Shown: piece after piece, positions 1 to 12,959 of the stretch | How positions within the stretch are numbered: position 1 is the stretch's first letter | Layout: every line of letters starts with the position of its first letter | NCBI RefSeq assembly: GCF_000195855.1 | Contig: NC_002677.1 | Span: forward strand, 720,001-752,000 | DNA: 32,000 bases | Direction: 5' to 3' | Source: Mycobacterium leprae TN | GTDB lineage: Bacteria > Actinomycetota > Actinomycetes > Mycobacteriales > Mycobacteriaceae | The notes under the pieces: generated by a model | Databases searched by the model: none | The model's input: only the letters and a program-made list of their open reading frames with translations | What the model was told of the DNA's origin: nothing | Program-made: the position numbers and the translations under genes

Positions 1-448
1 TGGCGGACTGGTCGATGCTGATGGTTGGACCGAGAGCAGTGGTGCCACCATGTCGATCGCGTTTGCCAGCCGGGAGCTGCTCGAAGACGTCAGGCAACTT
101 GCTATCGGTTGCGGGCTATACCCCGACGGGGCGCTCGTTGAGCGAACACGGAGTGCAACCTGCAGGGACGGTCGCATCGTCACGAGCACGAGTTGGCGGT
201 TGCGGATTCAGGGCAGTCTCGACCGAGTAGGTACTCGTACACCTGGCAAGCGAGGGAAACCGGTGAGCAACAAGGGGAGAAGACAGCGGTATGTTGCTGC
301 CGCTGGGCTTAATTTCTCGTCATTGTCCACCGATACCGTCGGCTTCGCACGTTTGAAGAGTAAGACGCTGGTGGGCGAGAAGCCCACCTACGACATCCAG
401 GTTGTGGGTTTGGAGAATTTCGTTGCAAACGGGATCGTGGCGCACAAC
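1..448 (+). mobile_element. C-terminal portion of an intein inserted in sufB, including a LAGLIDADG-type homing-endonuclease block and the C-terminal splice junction
   Basis: GGLVDADGW at 2-28 is a LAGLIDADG-like motif. Intein block F/G-like PTYDIQVVGLENFVANGIVAHN ends in His-Asn (443-448), followed by a +1 Ser (449-451) and then canonical SufB sequence. Confidence 0.88.
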
Positions 449-1297
449 AGCTTCATTTATGTCCCGCCGGGTGTGCACGTTGATATCCCGCTGCAAGCCT
501 ATTTCCGGATCAATACCGAGAACATGGGTCAGTTCGAGCGGACGTTGATCATCGCCGATACGGGCTCGTACGTGCATTACGTTGAGGGTTGTACCGCACC
601 AATCTACAAGTCGGACTCGCTGCACTCCGCGGTGGTCGAAATCATCGTGAAACCGCATGCTCGCGTTCGCTATACGACCATCCAGAACTGGTCGAACAAC
701 GTCTACAACTTAGTCACCAAGCGCGCCCGTGTTGAAACGGGTGCCACCATGGAGTGGATCGACGGCAACATCGGGTCTAAGGTCACCATGAAGTACCCGG
801 CGGTTTGGATGACCGGTGAACACGCCAAAGGTGAGGTGTTGTCAGTGGCGTTCGCTGGTGAAGGCCAGCACCAGGATACCGGGGCCAAGATGCTGCACCT
901 GGCGTCGAACACGTCGAGTAATATTGTGTCCAAGTCGGTGGCCCGAGGTGGGGGCCGCACCTCCTACCGTGGTCTGGTGCAGGTTAATAAAGGTGCACAC
1001 GGGTCGCGCTCCAGCGTAAAATGCGATGCGCTGCTGGTTGATACGATCAGCCGCAGTGACACGTATCCGTACGTCGATATCCGCGAAGACGACGTCACGA
1101 TGGGCCATGAGGCCACCGTCTCGAAGGTCAGCGAGAACCAGTTGTTCTACTTGATGAGCCGTGGGTTGGCCGAGGATGAGGCAATGGCGATGGTGGTGCG
1201 CGGCTTCGTCGAGCCGATAGCCAAGGAGCTACCGATGGAGTACGCGCTGGAACTCAACCGATTGATCGAATTGCAGATGGAGGGTGCGGTCGGATGA
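1..1297 (+). CDS. sufB: SufB Fe-S cluster assembly protein, 3' part (5' end is upstream of the window). The reading frame runs through the intein C-terminal part (2-448), then the C-extein (449-1297).
   Basis: The frame is open from position 2. The C-extein SFIYVPPGVHVDIPLQAYFRINTENMGQFERTLIIADTGSYVHYVEGCTAP...MEYALELNRLIELQMEGAVG is typical SufB. The stop overlaps the sufD start (ATGA at 1294-1297). The ATG at 50 in the ORF track is an internal Met, not a start. Confidence 0.93.
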   Translation, partial: GGLVDADGWTESSGATMSIAFASRELLEDVRQLAIGCGLYPDGALVERTRSATCRDGRIVTSTSWRLRIQGSLDRVGTRTPGKRGKPVSNKGRRQRYVAAAGLNFSSLSTDTVGFARLKSKTLVGEKPTYDIQVVGLENFVANGIVAHNSFIYVPPGVHVDIPLQAYFRINTENMGQFERTLIIADTGSYVHYVEGCTAPIYKSDSLHSAVVEIIVKPHARVRYTTIQNWSNNVYNLVTKRARVETGATMEWIDGNIGSKVTMKYPAVWMTGEHAKGEVLSVAFAGEGQHQDTGAKMLHLASNTSSNIVSKSVARGGGRTSYRGLVQVNKGAHGSRSSVKCDALLVDTISRSDTYPYVDIREDDVTMGHEATVSKVSENQLFYLMSRGLAEDEAMAMVVRGFVEPIAKELPMEYALELNRLIELQMEGAVG

Positions 1298-2468
1298 CCG
1301 CTGTTGAAGGATCTTCACTTACAGCATTGAATAAGGGGAGGTTGTTCGCGTCGTTTGATGTCGACGCTTTCGAAGTGCCCGGTGGCCGTGACGAGATTTG
1401 GCGGTTTACGCCGCTGCGGAGGTTGCGCGGCCTACACGACGGCTCGGCCGTGGCCAATGGCAAGGTGCATATTAGAGTCAGCCAGCAGTCTGGTGTGCAG
1501 ACCGAGATCGTGGGCCGTGGCGACGGACGGCTGGGGCAGGGCGGCATCCCCACTGATCGTGTTGCAGCCCAGGCATTTTCGTCGTTCCAGTCCGCGACGG
1601 TGGTCACTGTCGGGCGGGATATGCAGATCGCTACCCCGATCAACATCGCCGTAACCGGGCCCGACAAAGGCGCAGTGGTGTACGGTCATCTACAGATCAG
1701 GGTCTGCAAATTTGGCGAAGCTGTCGTGGTCATTGACCACCGGGGGAGTGGAACTTACGCCGACAACGTCGAGTTCATTGTCGAGGCCGCCGCACGGCTC
1801 ACCGTGGTGTGGATTGCTGACTGGGCCGACGATATGGTTCATCTCAGCGCACATCATGCCCTGCTGGGCAAAGATGCGGTGCTGCGGCATATCACTGTCA
1901 CACTGGGTGGCGAGGTCGTCCGGGTGTCGGCCAATGTACGGTTCTCCGGGCCCGGTGGCGATGCCGAGCTGCTGGGTTTGTACTTCGCCGACGACGGGCA
2001 GCACCTCGAGTCCCGGCTGCTGGTCGATCACGCTCATCCCGACTGCAAATCGAATGTGCTGTACAAAGGTGCACTGCAAGGAGATCCGGTCTCGTCACGG
2101 CCAGATGCTCATACCGTTTGGGTCGGGGACGTGTTGATTCACCCCGAGGCGACTGGCACCGACACCTTCGAGGTGAACCGTAATCTGGTGCTCACCAACG
2201 GTGTGCGTGCCGACTCGGTGCCCAACTTGGAGATTGAGACTGATGAAATTGTTGGTGCCGGACATGCCAGCGCTACCGGACGTTTTGACGATGAACAGCT
2301 GTTTTATCTGCGTTCCCGTGGCATTGGTGAAGAGCAAGCCCGCCGGCTGCTGGTCCGCGGCTTTTTCGGCGAAATTATCTCCAAGATCGCGGTGCCCCAG
2401 GTGCGGGAGCGGCTGATCGCAGCTATCGAACACGAACTGACCATCACGGAATCGAGATCAACAGCCTC

Positions 2469-2472
<4 letters not shown>
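1294..2472 (+). CDS. sufD: SufD Fe-S cluster assembly protein
   Basis: 392-aa ORF between sufB and sufC with ATGA overlaps at both ends. SufB/SufD-family C-terminus (GHASATGRFDDEQLFYLRSRGIGEEQARRLLVRGF). Confidence 0.9.
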
Positions 2473-4978
<2,506 letters not shown>

Positions 4979-5004
<26 letters not shown>

Positions 5005-5326
5005 CGAGTTGCTTGCCGACGTTGAAGAGGCTATGCGTGACGTCGTCGACCCAGAATTGGGGATCAACGTCGTCGATCTCGGACTGGTCTATGGCTTGGG
5101 TCTTGAAGAGGGCAAAGAAGGAATGATCGCCTTGGTTGACATGACGTTGACGTCGGCAGCCTGTCCACTGAACGACGTTATCGAAGAGCAGTCACGCAGC
5201 GCGTTGGTCGGCAGTGGTCTGGTCAGCGACCTGCGGATCAATTGGGTTTGGAACCCGCCGTGGGGCCCGGACAAAATCAGCGATGACGGGCGTGAACAAC
5301 TGCGCGCTCTCGGCTTTACCGTCTGA
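4979..5326 (+). CDS. DUF59 / SufT-like Fe-S assembly accessory protein (Rv1466 type)
   Basis: DUF59 signature region VVDPELGINVVDLGLVY...MTLTSAACPL. The preferred start is ATG 4979, preceded by GAGGAGG (4966-4972); the ORF-track ATG at 4940 lacks an SD. This gives 115 aa, overlapping the sufU 3' end by 26 nt. Confidence 0.8.
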
Positions 5327-5429
5327 AAACTAAAGGTATCAACCTTCTTCCTTCCCTGCGGGTTCCCGGTGACTTCAGGATCGGCGAGTGCCACTACAAG
5401 TGGGGTGTATATAAGTTGTGCGTGATCGG

Positions 5430-6996
5430 TCAGAACGTTTTCGTCGGAGACGAGCATGATCTCATCATCGATGGATTCGATGATGCCGCGCAGTGCGGTC
5501 AATCTCGGCAACATGTCCTTGGCGAGGAACGTTGCGGCCGTGATTTTGCATTGATAGAACGCTGAATCAGTTTTTGTGTCTTTGCGTGTCGCGATGTTGG
5601 CTAGTGTGGTGCGTGCAATTATAGACTTGTACCAGTAATCGTCATTCGATCAACAGATCGTCGGCGGCCGGCAGGTAACGCACTGATTCGAGCCCCACCT
5701 CGTGAATATAGGTGAGGTGTTGCGCGGTGGACATGAGGTATTCTGGTCAGCGCACCCGTCATCGCCGTGATGTCGTCGAGCGCAGTCACAAGCAGCTTGG
5801 CATCGGTTTTCATTGATTTATTGCAGTTTTCGATGGTGTGACTGGTCCGAGCTGTTATGTGTTGTAATGCTTGACCGTGGTCACGGTGGTGTACCCCGTT
5901 GGGATCTGCGCACAAAACTTGTTGTACTATCATAGACACCCTGGTGTGCTGTGGCATAAAGATTAAGGCCCGTATGTCCTCGACGTAGGCCTTCTTGGGC
6001 ATAAGACTGCGGCACACATCAGGGTGGTGCATGATCGTGACCTGTGGTGTGGTCTTATTAGGTCATTTGGGTCAAATCTGCGCCTTGGACTTGTTTCTGC
6101 GCGTAGACAAGCGGGTTCAGGTAGCCGGTGGACAGCATGCCGGTCGACTTAACGCCGATCGTCATGCGAGTGTACTTCAATGATTGGCGACTATCTGTGC
6201 GATCCCGTTGTGCACGCCACCGGTCAGATAGCCAACGGCGGGTACGTCAGTGGCGCCGAAAGCAGCTCGTACGTGGGGGAGGACTTAAGCCATATCGCAC
6301 GATAACAAAAACGCCGTTGTAGGGACCGAATTCGAAGGCTTCGGGATCTAAAAGGTTTTTGGGGATATATGAACAAGCTTACCCCTTTAGTACCCGGACT
6401 AACGTCCTCGAGCCAGGCAGGCACTAAATGGAAGATGTTCGGCGGTACTGGCGCCGTCTCCTCCAGAGACGAATCGCTTGACCTCCTCGATGTGCCAGGT
6501 GTCGTCGGGTTATTCGACGGCCTTGGCCTAGGCCGGGCTCGTCAGGCCATTAGCGCTAGACACCCCCGTCGCTGCTTGTTTGTTGCCTTCGATGTAGAGC
6601 GCCTTGGCCATCACCGGGACCAAATTGAAGAGTACGCTGAGGGATTAGCGCAGAAGATCATTGCGTTGGCAACCCAGGTCAACGGCGGCTGTGTGGCCCT
6701 GCCACCGATCTCCTCGGTCAGACCCAGGAGGCCTACTCAGCTTCTTTGATGGCTTGGACCGACTTGACCAATTCGGCGAGCATGCTGATGGTGTGGATCG
6801 CGGGGTCGAACACCGGTGGGTTGCGTTCTGCGTAGCCAAAAGACTCAGCAACCAGTTCTTCCGCCAAGCGAGCGGCTTCGGTCAATATTGTTCGCACTGT
6901 GTCAACGTCGATATCGTCGTAACGTCTAGTGCCGAGGACGGCTGCTAGATAAAGGACCTCGAAACAGGTTGAACGCGAGATCACGGACTTTAGCAA
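5430..6996 (-). pseudogene. fadE15: Long-type acyl-CoA dehydrogenase relic (FadE5/FadE15-like; positional equivalent of Rv1467c)
   Basis: Homologous pieces lie in different minus-strand frames. N-terminal piece: DVDTVRTILTEAARLAEELVAESFGYAERNPPVFDPAIHT (6733-6996). Central piece: TIGVKSTGMLSTGYLNPLVYAQKQVQGADLTQMT..HHPDV.RSLM.KKAYVEDIRAL (~5990-6180). C-terminal piece: FLAKDMLPRLTALRGIIESIDDEIM (~5440-5530). Several stops and frameshifts lie between them. Confidence 0.65.
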
Positions 6997-7239
6997 AGTA
7001 GTGGCTCAATGCAGTTCCCTCCAGTACCGATAGTCACTCCTTGGTGTGTGTCCGACTTGGAAAAGTATGCAACCGTAACCTGGCCATGACCGCGGTCACA
7101 CACTCATAGCGACCAAGGTCGATAGCGTCTCTTTTTACGCTGGTGTCGACAGTTTGGGTGCCGTGATTACCAAAGGTATGTCCTGCCCCGCTCGTCTCAG
7201 CATCTTGAACTGTTCTGGAGCTGTCGGAGATTATTGGTT

Positions 7240-8640
7240 CATGTCACTTCGGTCGGGGTGGCTGTCTGCTGGTAGCGCTGTTCGTATGCGACTGGTGGTC
7301 GGTATTGGATTGATATTGATGAGGTGGAGTCTCGATCGTGTTGTACTAGTGCACCCAGGAGGTGGTTTCCCGTTCCAGTTCGACGCGACCGGTGAAGGTC
7401 GCATGTTGGTCGATTAATTCAGATTTGTACCGTCCCTATAGCAGAATCCATAAACACGTTGTCCAAAGCGTCGCCGACACTGCTGATGGATCCGGCGATA
7501 CCGGCCTCGTGCAGCGCCTCGGTGAACGCGATCGACGTATATTGATCCCGCGTCCAAGTGATGAATCAAATCGGTTATAGAGAATGGAGCTATGTGCAAT
7601 AGGGGGTGAGTAGCGTCTGCTCAAGCACCGATGTGACCAAGCACCCGCGGTCTTGCTGGTCATCACCTGCCAGCCCAGGATGGGGTGGGAGAACACGTCC
7701 ACACAAAACGTGGTATGGCACACCCTTTGCAGCGTCCACACATATGTGCAATCCCTTACCTGCCACTGATCCGGGTAATGACAGCATTGAGCAGGAACGA
7801 TCGAGCCGGTCGGGATGCTGCGGCGGCGAAGACTTGTCGTACTCAGTCGTACGAATGCTGCACTTATTGCAGCCTACATCGTCAATACCGGCGATACACA
7901 TCAGCCGTGTCGCCCTGTCTGGACCTCAACTGTGACCTGCGTGTGTAGTGGCGGGCTAAAGCCTGTGCACACAGTAAGATCGGTAGGTTAGCCATCCACA
8001 GATCAAACAGGATCTTGCCGTCGTACGTGTCGGTAAGATCGGCTGCCCGCACAAAACCCTGCTGCTTGACGGTGTAGTAGGTAGACGGGGGGACCTGCAC
8101 GTCAGCCTGCTCAAACATGTACATGACAGATTGGATCGACCCGCATTCTTCGCGGTGGACATTGATGTACTCTGCAAAGAATTGCGCGCGAAAGGATCAC
8201 CGCAGTCGGCGATCGACTTCCGCCGCGGTGAAAAACGCGTTCGCTATTCGCAGAATCTCGTTGACAAGCTTCAATTCTTGCACTTCACGCTCACGCTCGG
8301 CCTAATCGCGCCTCTGGCTACCACCGGAGCCCACCTGACTTCTCCCGCTATCCTCGTTGCCGCTCCCACAACTCCCGCGAGTACTTCCACTGTGATGCCA
8401 TCCATACTTACCCTCTCCCTGTACAAAAAGCCTCCAGCGAAACCAAGAAACAATTCAACATAGTTCCCTGCGTCCTTACATGTAGAACGCCTTGTAAAGT
8501 GTTTTATAGGACACCTGCATCTTTCGGGCCGGTCGGGATAGGTTTTGGGCCAACACCCCCACAATTTGTTCGGGACTGTACTTCTTGGCCAGCACACATG
8601 TCTATCTCCGTACGCAGCTGCCCACAACGCTCACCTTGCC
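7240..8640 (-). mobile_element. Decayed IS3-family insertion sequence (orfA/orfB transposase relic); inverted repeats not identified
   Basis: Minus-strand fragments occur in IS3 order. OrfA HTH piece AKKYSPEQIVGVL (~8552-8590). OrfA leucine-zipper end REVQELKLVNEILRIANAFFTAAEVDR (~8200-8290). OrfB start FFAEYINVHREECGSIQSV..PPSTYYTVKQQ (~8060-8190). Integrase-core pieces FCVDVFSHPILGWQV (~7664-7708), LIHHLDAGSIY (~7540-7572) and GSISSVGDALDNVFMDS...YRPPVAYEQRY (~7260-7500). All are broken by stops and frameshifts. Confidence 0.65.
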
Positions 8641-10569
8641 GGCCTTTAAAGCCACTGGCCCACTGCTCACTGCATAGCTAAGCAATACAAGCTCAGTAAC
8701 CCGATTGAGCGTCTTAGCCAGCATAGTTGGTGTCGAATCAGTGCAACCCCCAAAGCAACCCGCAAACACGCGGGCCCCACCCTTGCTGGTGATCTCACGC
8801 ACGATCCCCGCCCCCACCCAACCCAAACGAACGGTTAACGATCGATCACATCAACTCACAACACTGCAACACACCGCCACCCTTTACTCCACCCCCACAA
8901 CAGAACATGCACACAAAGTACAATTCAACAATCTTGCAGATCCGTCTTTTCCGCGTAGGCCAACCACTCCAACGTCACAGACTTAGACTGGAGCCCGGTT
9001 CAAGTACTAGCGGGGATATAGGTTAAATCTAGATGGGGGCGGACGCTAACGTGCTGGTGTCTTCATCACCAGTATCGGACTAACTGGGACCTGACGGTTG
9101 GATAGTTGCGAGCGTATCCGCCGTCACTGGTCCAACCAGCTCAACTGCTCCAGCTGCATTTTGGCGATCGGGATTGGTGCACGCTTGCGGTTATGGTGGC
9201 AACTCTCATCACGGTACTGAGCGTACCGCCGTTTGGAGTCATATTGGCGATCGATTCGCTTGTCGTGCGATTGGGGCCGACACCGTGGCCGAGGTAGAGG
9301 TCAACGCTGCAGCCAGTTCTTTGGTGAGTGTCGGGCGGTGCTGGTCGGGCCGGCGTTGGTGGGTCTGACGCTAAAACTGGTGGGCATATACTGGACTTTG
9401 TCCTGTCGGCGGTCGCCTGCGCCTTGGGGCTGGTGCGGCGCTGCTGATTGTGGTTCCACTCGTTTATGACGGATCCTGGGCCGAGTAACGGACCAGCGTC
9501 GCGGACTCGTGGCTGATCGGCGCGAGCCGACCTGAACACGGTCGGAGGCGGGGTCCATGCGACCCTCGCAACTTCTCGGCCACTGCTGTCACCCCACTGT
9601 TAGTCGTCAACATTACAGTGCTTGGTGTTTGGTACGTTGCGAGCGCTTCGGTGGCCCATGGGTTGAGGCTCGGGCAGAGGGTGTCACGATAGTCATGACA
9701 CTCTTCGGTGCCGGTGGGCCTGGTAAGGTGGGCTTGCGCTGCTATCCATTGTCGAGTTACGCCGTTTGGCACGTGTCCTTGGCCGGGCCACTTAATAATT
9801 AGATTTGGTGGTTACGCTGATGGCGATCGGGGAGGTTGTTGTGCCCGCGGCTGGCTTGGCGTTGGCTGCCTGTGTGGGGTTAGTCGGCGCTGTAGCGTAT
9901 GTTCCACCGGCACCGACGTTAGTGCAGTGTTGCCGTCGCTGCTGAAGCGATGGTGCCCGCCACGGCCAACCTGCGAAGCCTCGCCGGGGAGACCCGGTGA
10001 TCGGTTCTACATGATCGCTGCGGGCGTGGCCGACGACACCGTTAATGGCCGCTGATTGGCCACGTTGGGGCTTGATGTTTAGGTTCGACGAGATCGTCTT
10101 GCTGCATGACGTGCCGTGCTCGGCAACCGTGACAGCGCGGGGACCTTGATCTGATCGCTGTGGATCGCGAGTCGTTCCAGCGGGGACGGCATGTCGGGTA
10201 ATAGACTCGCGCAACGTTTTGTCATATCTGGGTGATGGTCGTGATATGAAGGCTTAGTTGGTGAAACGGTGTGTAGTCGATGGCCTGGTTAATGGTCTAA
10301 CGTTGTTTGCTGAGTCAATTTCAGTGACGTTGACAGATTTCAATGTGTGAGCGGTGATGCCGACCTACACTGGTTTTCCTAGTTGTTTTTCGATCGTGTG
10401 CCCTGTTGCGAGAAGCCTGACATGGGCTGAAGAATTTGGCGGGGAGGTCGATAACGGTCCTTACACCACGTCGGTACTCGCGGGTGCTACCCGGCATGGG
10501 CTCCGCTGACTGTTCGCCTTAGCCCCCAAGGATCTTATGAAAGAAACTGTTTCAGAGCCTGGCCAAGTC

Positions 10570-11670
10570 CTACTGCGCAATGTGGTCAATAAGAACTATA
10601 GAGATGATCCTGCGAGGAACCCAATGTGTGCTCAATCGTGGTAAGCCAGGCTGCGTAGTAGACAACAGGATATTTTCGTGGTCATACGGATGTCTCCGCA
10701 ACTGGATCGCCTTCTGTGCGATATGCTAGCTCTACCAGACGATCTACAGCTTCGTACGTGATGCGATGACTGGGTCGCGGGTGCTGTCGGCGATCGACAT
10801 CGCAGCGTAGAGGTTCATGCTGTGGGCCAATGCCAGCGAAATGTACATGTCCGAAGTACGCTGGAGGCGTGTCTGGAACTTATTGAATTTTATGCCGAAT
10901 TGCTTGCGAGTCTTAAGGGAATAGGTGGTCAGACAAAGCAACTTCCTCCATCGCACCGATAGTTTCGGCGCATAGCGACGACTGGATACGGATTATGGCG
11001 TCGTGTATGGCAGGAGAGGAGTCTTGCACCTGAGCGGTGTTGGCCGAGAGGCTAGGTTGAGGTGGATTCTAGTTGGATCTGATCGCCGCGCTGACTGTCG
11101 AACGTTTGCTAGGAATGTCTACTTACGGTACTAACGCTGATTAGGAACAACCCGGTGCTGCTGTCTGGCAACGCGGCGCTGGCCACCAGCTTGTCGGTGC
11201 AGTCATGGGTCAAGATCGGGTTCTTCACCGCTCAATTTCTATGAATAACATTGCTGTACAACATGAATAGCGGCATTATCGGTAGACTTTCGGTAATCGG
11301 TCTCAAGGTGAGTGAACGCAAGTAGTTTTTGGCTCGCCGCGACCTCGTTCAGCAGTTGCCGCTGTGGGTCATTGCCAAGTTCGGCGATCAGTGCTCCAGG
11401 TGCTAGTGTGCGGTATGCACCAACGGTTCGGGCGCCAACCACAGCCCGATGTCAGTGAGCATAACCATGATTTCGATCTGGCCTTCCTAAGATTGGTAGA
11501 AGCCCTAGCCGGGGTATACCGACCTCGGGCGAGCTGATTCCGGACATCACGGCTCCAACTAAGCTCGGTATCGATAACTTTGTTGCAGCTCTAAGATCAT
11601 AGTTGCACGAAAGTAGATCACGGGTGGTCTTGATGAGCAGAAGCTGTTCGTTGTTCAATTGAAAGTCCAT
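10570..11670 (-). pseudogene. Acyl-CoA dehydrogenase relic (downstream member of a tandem pair)
   Basis: N-terminus MDFQLNNEQLLLIKTTRDLL (ATG at 11670). C-terminal domain pieces FQTRLQRTSDMYISLALAHSMNLYAAMSIAD and AIQL...THWVPRRIIS lie in shifted frames with stops. Confidence 0.6.
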
Positions 11671-11674
11671 GGAT

Positions 11675-12840
11675 TCTTTGCAATCCGAGAATGTTTGACG
11701 CGATGACATTGCGCTGTACTTCGTTGCTGTCGCCGTAGATCGATGTCTTCCAGTAGTTGAGTATAGCGCGAGGCGTTGGACTGCTCTCCCAGTCGAGGGA
11801 GGCGATATTTTGGCCGCAGTCGGTCTACAATGCATAGGGTCCGGCCACCTAGACCAGGAGTTCGGTCGTCACTTGTTGCACTTGGCTGTCGCGCAGCTCG
11901 AGTACCGATGACGCCGGGTTAGGCTTGCCGTCCGCAGAGGTCTGAGACCACCTGTGCTTTAGGGATTTCCAGAGCCGGAACAGTATTTTCCTACTTAGCT
12001 ACTCGCGCCGTGAACAACGGATCTCCCAACAAATCGGTCTGTTTGGCGTGCTTTTCATCTCGGCGAAGTGCACTTTGATCCTGCTAACAGCGGCTATGTC
12101 GATGCGCTTATTACTGAGCAGGAATTTTGCGTAAACCTAGCCTTGGTTCTATTGTCCAACAAGCTAATCCGGTACTCGAACGTCGGAGAAAACACCTTGT
12201 TGACTTCGTGGCCCTCATCGATCGTCTTGACCGGCCGGAAAGATCATGCTTGGTGTGGCTATGTTTATGAGTAAAAAATGAGATGTTAGAATAACATTTG
12301 AGTACTTGCGAGTCGGTACGCATCGTGCAGAAGATCTAGTCCGCGTACTAGGCTGAGTGTTGTCCACGTCTTTTGTCCATTGACGACGTAGCTGCTGCCG
12401 TCGCCCACCACGGTTGTGCGCAGTGAGGCAAGGTTGGAGTCGACTTCAGGCTCCGGCACTCCTGGTATCACCAGATATCGATGCTGACGGTCAGCGGCAG
12501 AAAGCGCTGTTTGAGTTTCTGGGATCCGAATTCGGCGATCACCGGGCCAACCATCTTGGTGTTGAAGTTCCGTGGTGCTGGGCACATGCCAACTGCATCT
12601 CGTCAGGTCCAGATCTGGTGCTGGGTGGGTGTTCAGTTCTTGCTGCCCCACTTAACCGACCAATTCGGTACTGTGAACTCGTGATCGTTGAGAATCTTCT
12701 GGCTGGTGACGATCTGGTTGTGGCTCGTCGCGGAGCCCTGGCGCATCAGCGCGTGGATCCCGTCAGGGATCTGCGTAGGTGTAGAAATGTGATGAGCTGG
12801 CCACGCAAAGTGGCTTGATTAGTGGTCAATGCCAGTTTCA
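11675..12840 (-). pseudogene. Acyl-CoA dehydrogenase relic (upstream member of a tandem pair)
   Basis: MKLALTTNQATLRGQLITFL (ATG at 12840). Further pieces: MVGPVIAEFGSQKLKQRFLP, the middle domain DSNLASLRTTVVGDGSSYVVNGQKTWTT, and the C-terminus YLNYWKTSIYGDSNEVQRNVIASNILGL abutting the next gene's ATG. Multiple frameshifts and stops. Confidence 0.6.
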
Positions 12841-12959
12841 TGGCAACCTCACGGTGTCTTGAAACATTTCCGATCGAAGACAGTAGTGCGTTCGGCACTT
12901 AGTCGTTCACCCCGAACTTCATCTTGACTCATTTCGTGCTCAATCTGTACATATAGCCT

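Noticed and set aside
50-1297. ORF-track call of a 415-aa protein starting at ATG 50
   Set aside because: The frame is open from position 2 and the upstream residues (GGLVDADGW...) continue the intein endonuclease domain. ATG 50 is an internal Met of a gene that begins outside the window.
7087-7098. Perfect 12-bp palindrome TGACCGCGGTCA upstream of the fadE15-like relic
   Set aside because: It is short and contains a CCGCGG core that is common by chance in GC-rich DNA. The adjacent gene is dead, so an operator role is untestable from sequence and of little consequence.
8650-8990. Idea that the G-rich minus strand is a PE_PGRS relic (M. tuberculosis has PE_PGRS29 next to fadE15)
   Set aside because: None of the three minus-strand frames I translated shows GGxGGx-type Gly-Gly repeats or a PE N-terminus. 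The tract is G/T-rich rather than GGC-repetitive.
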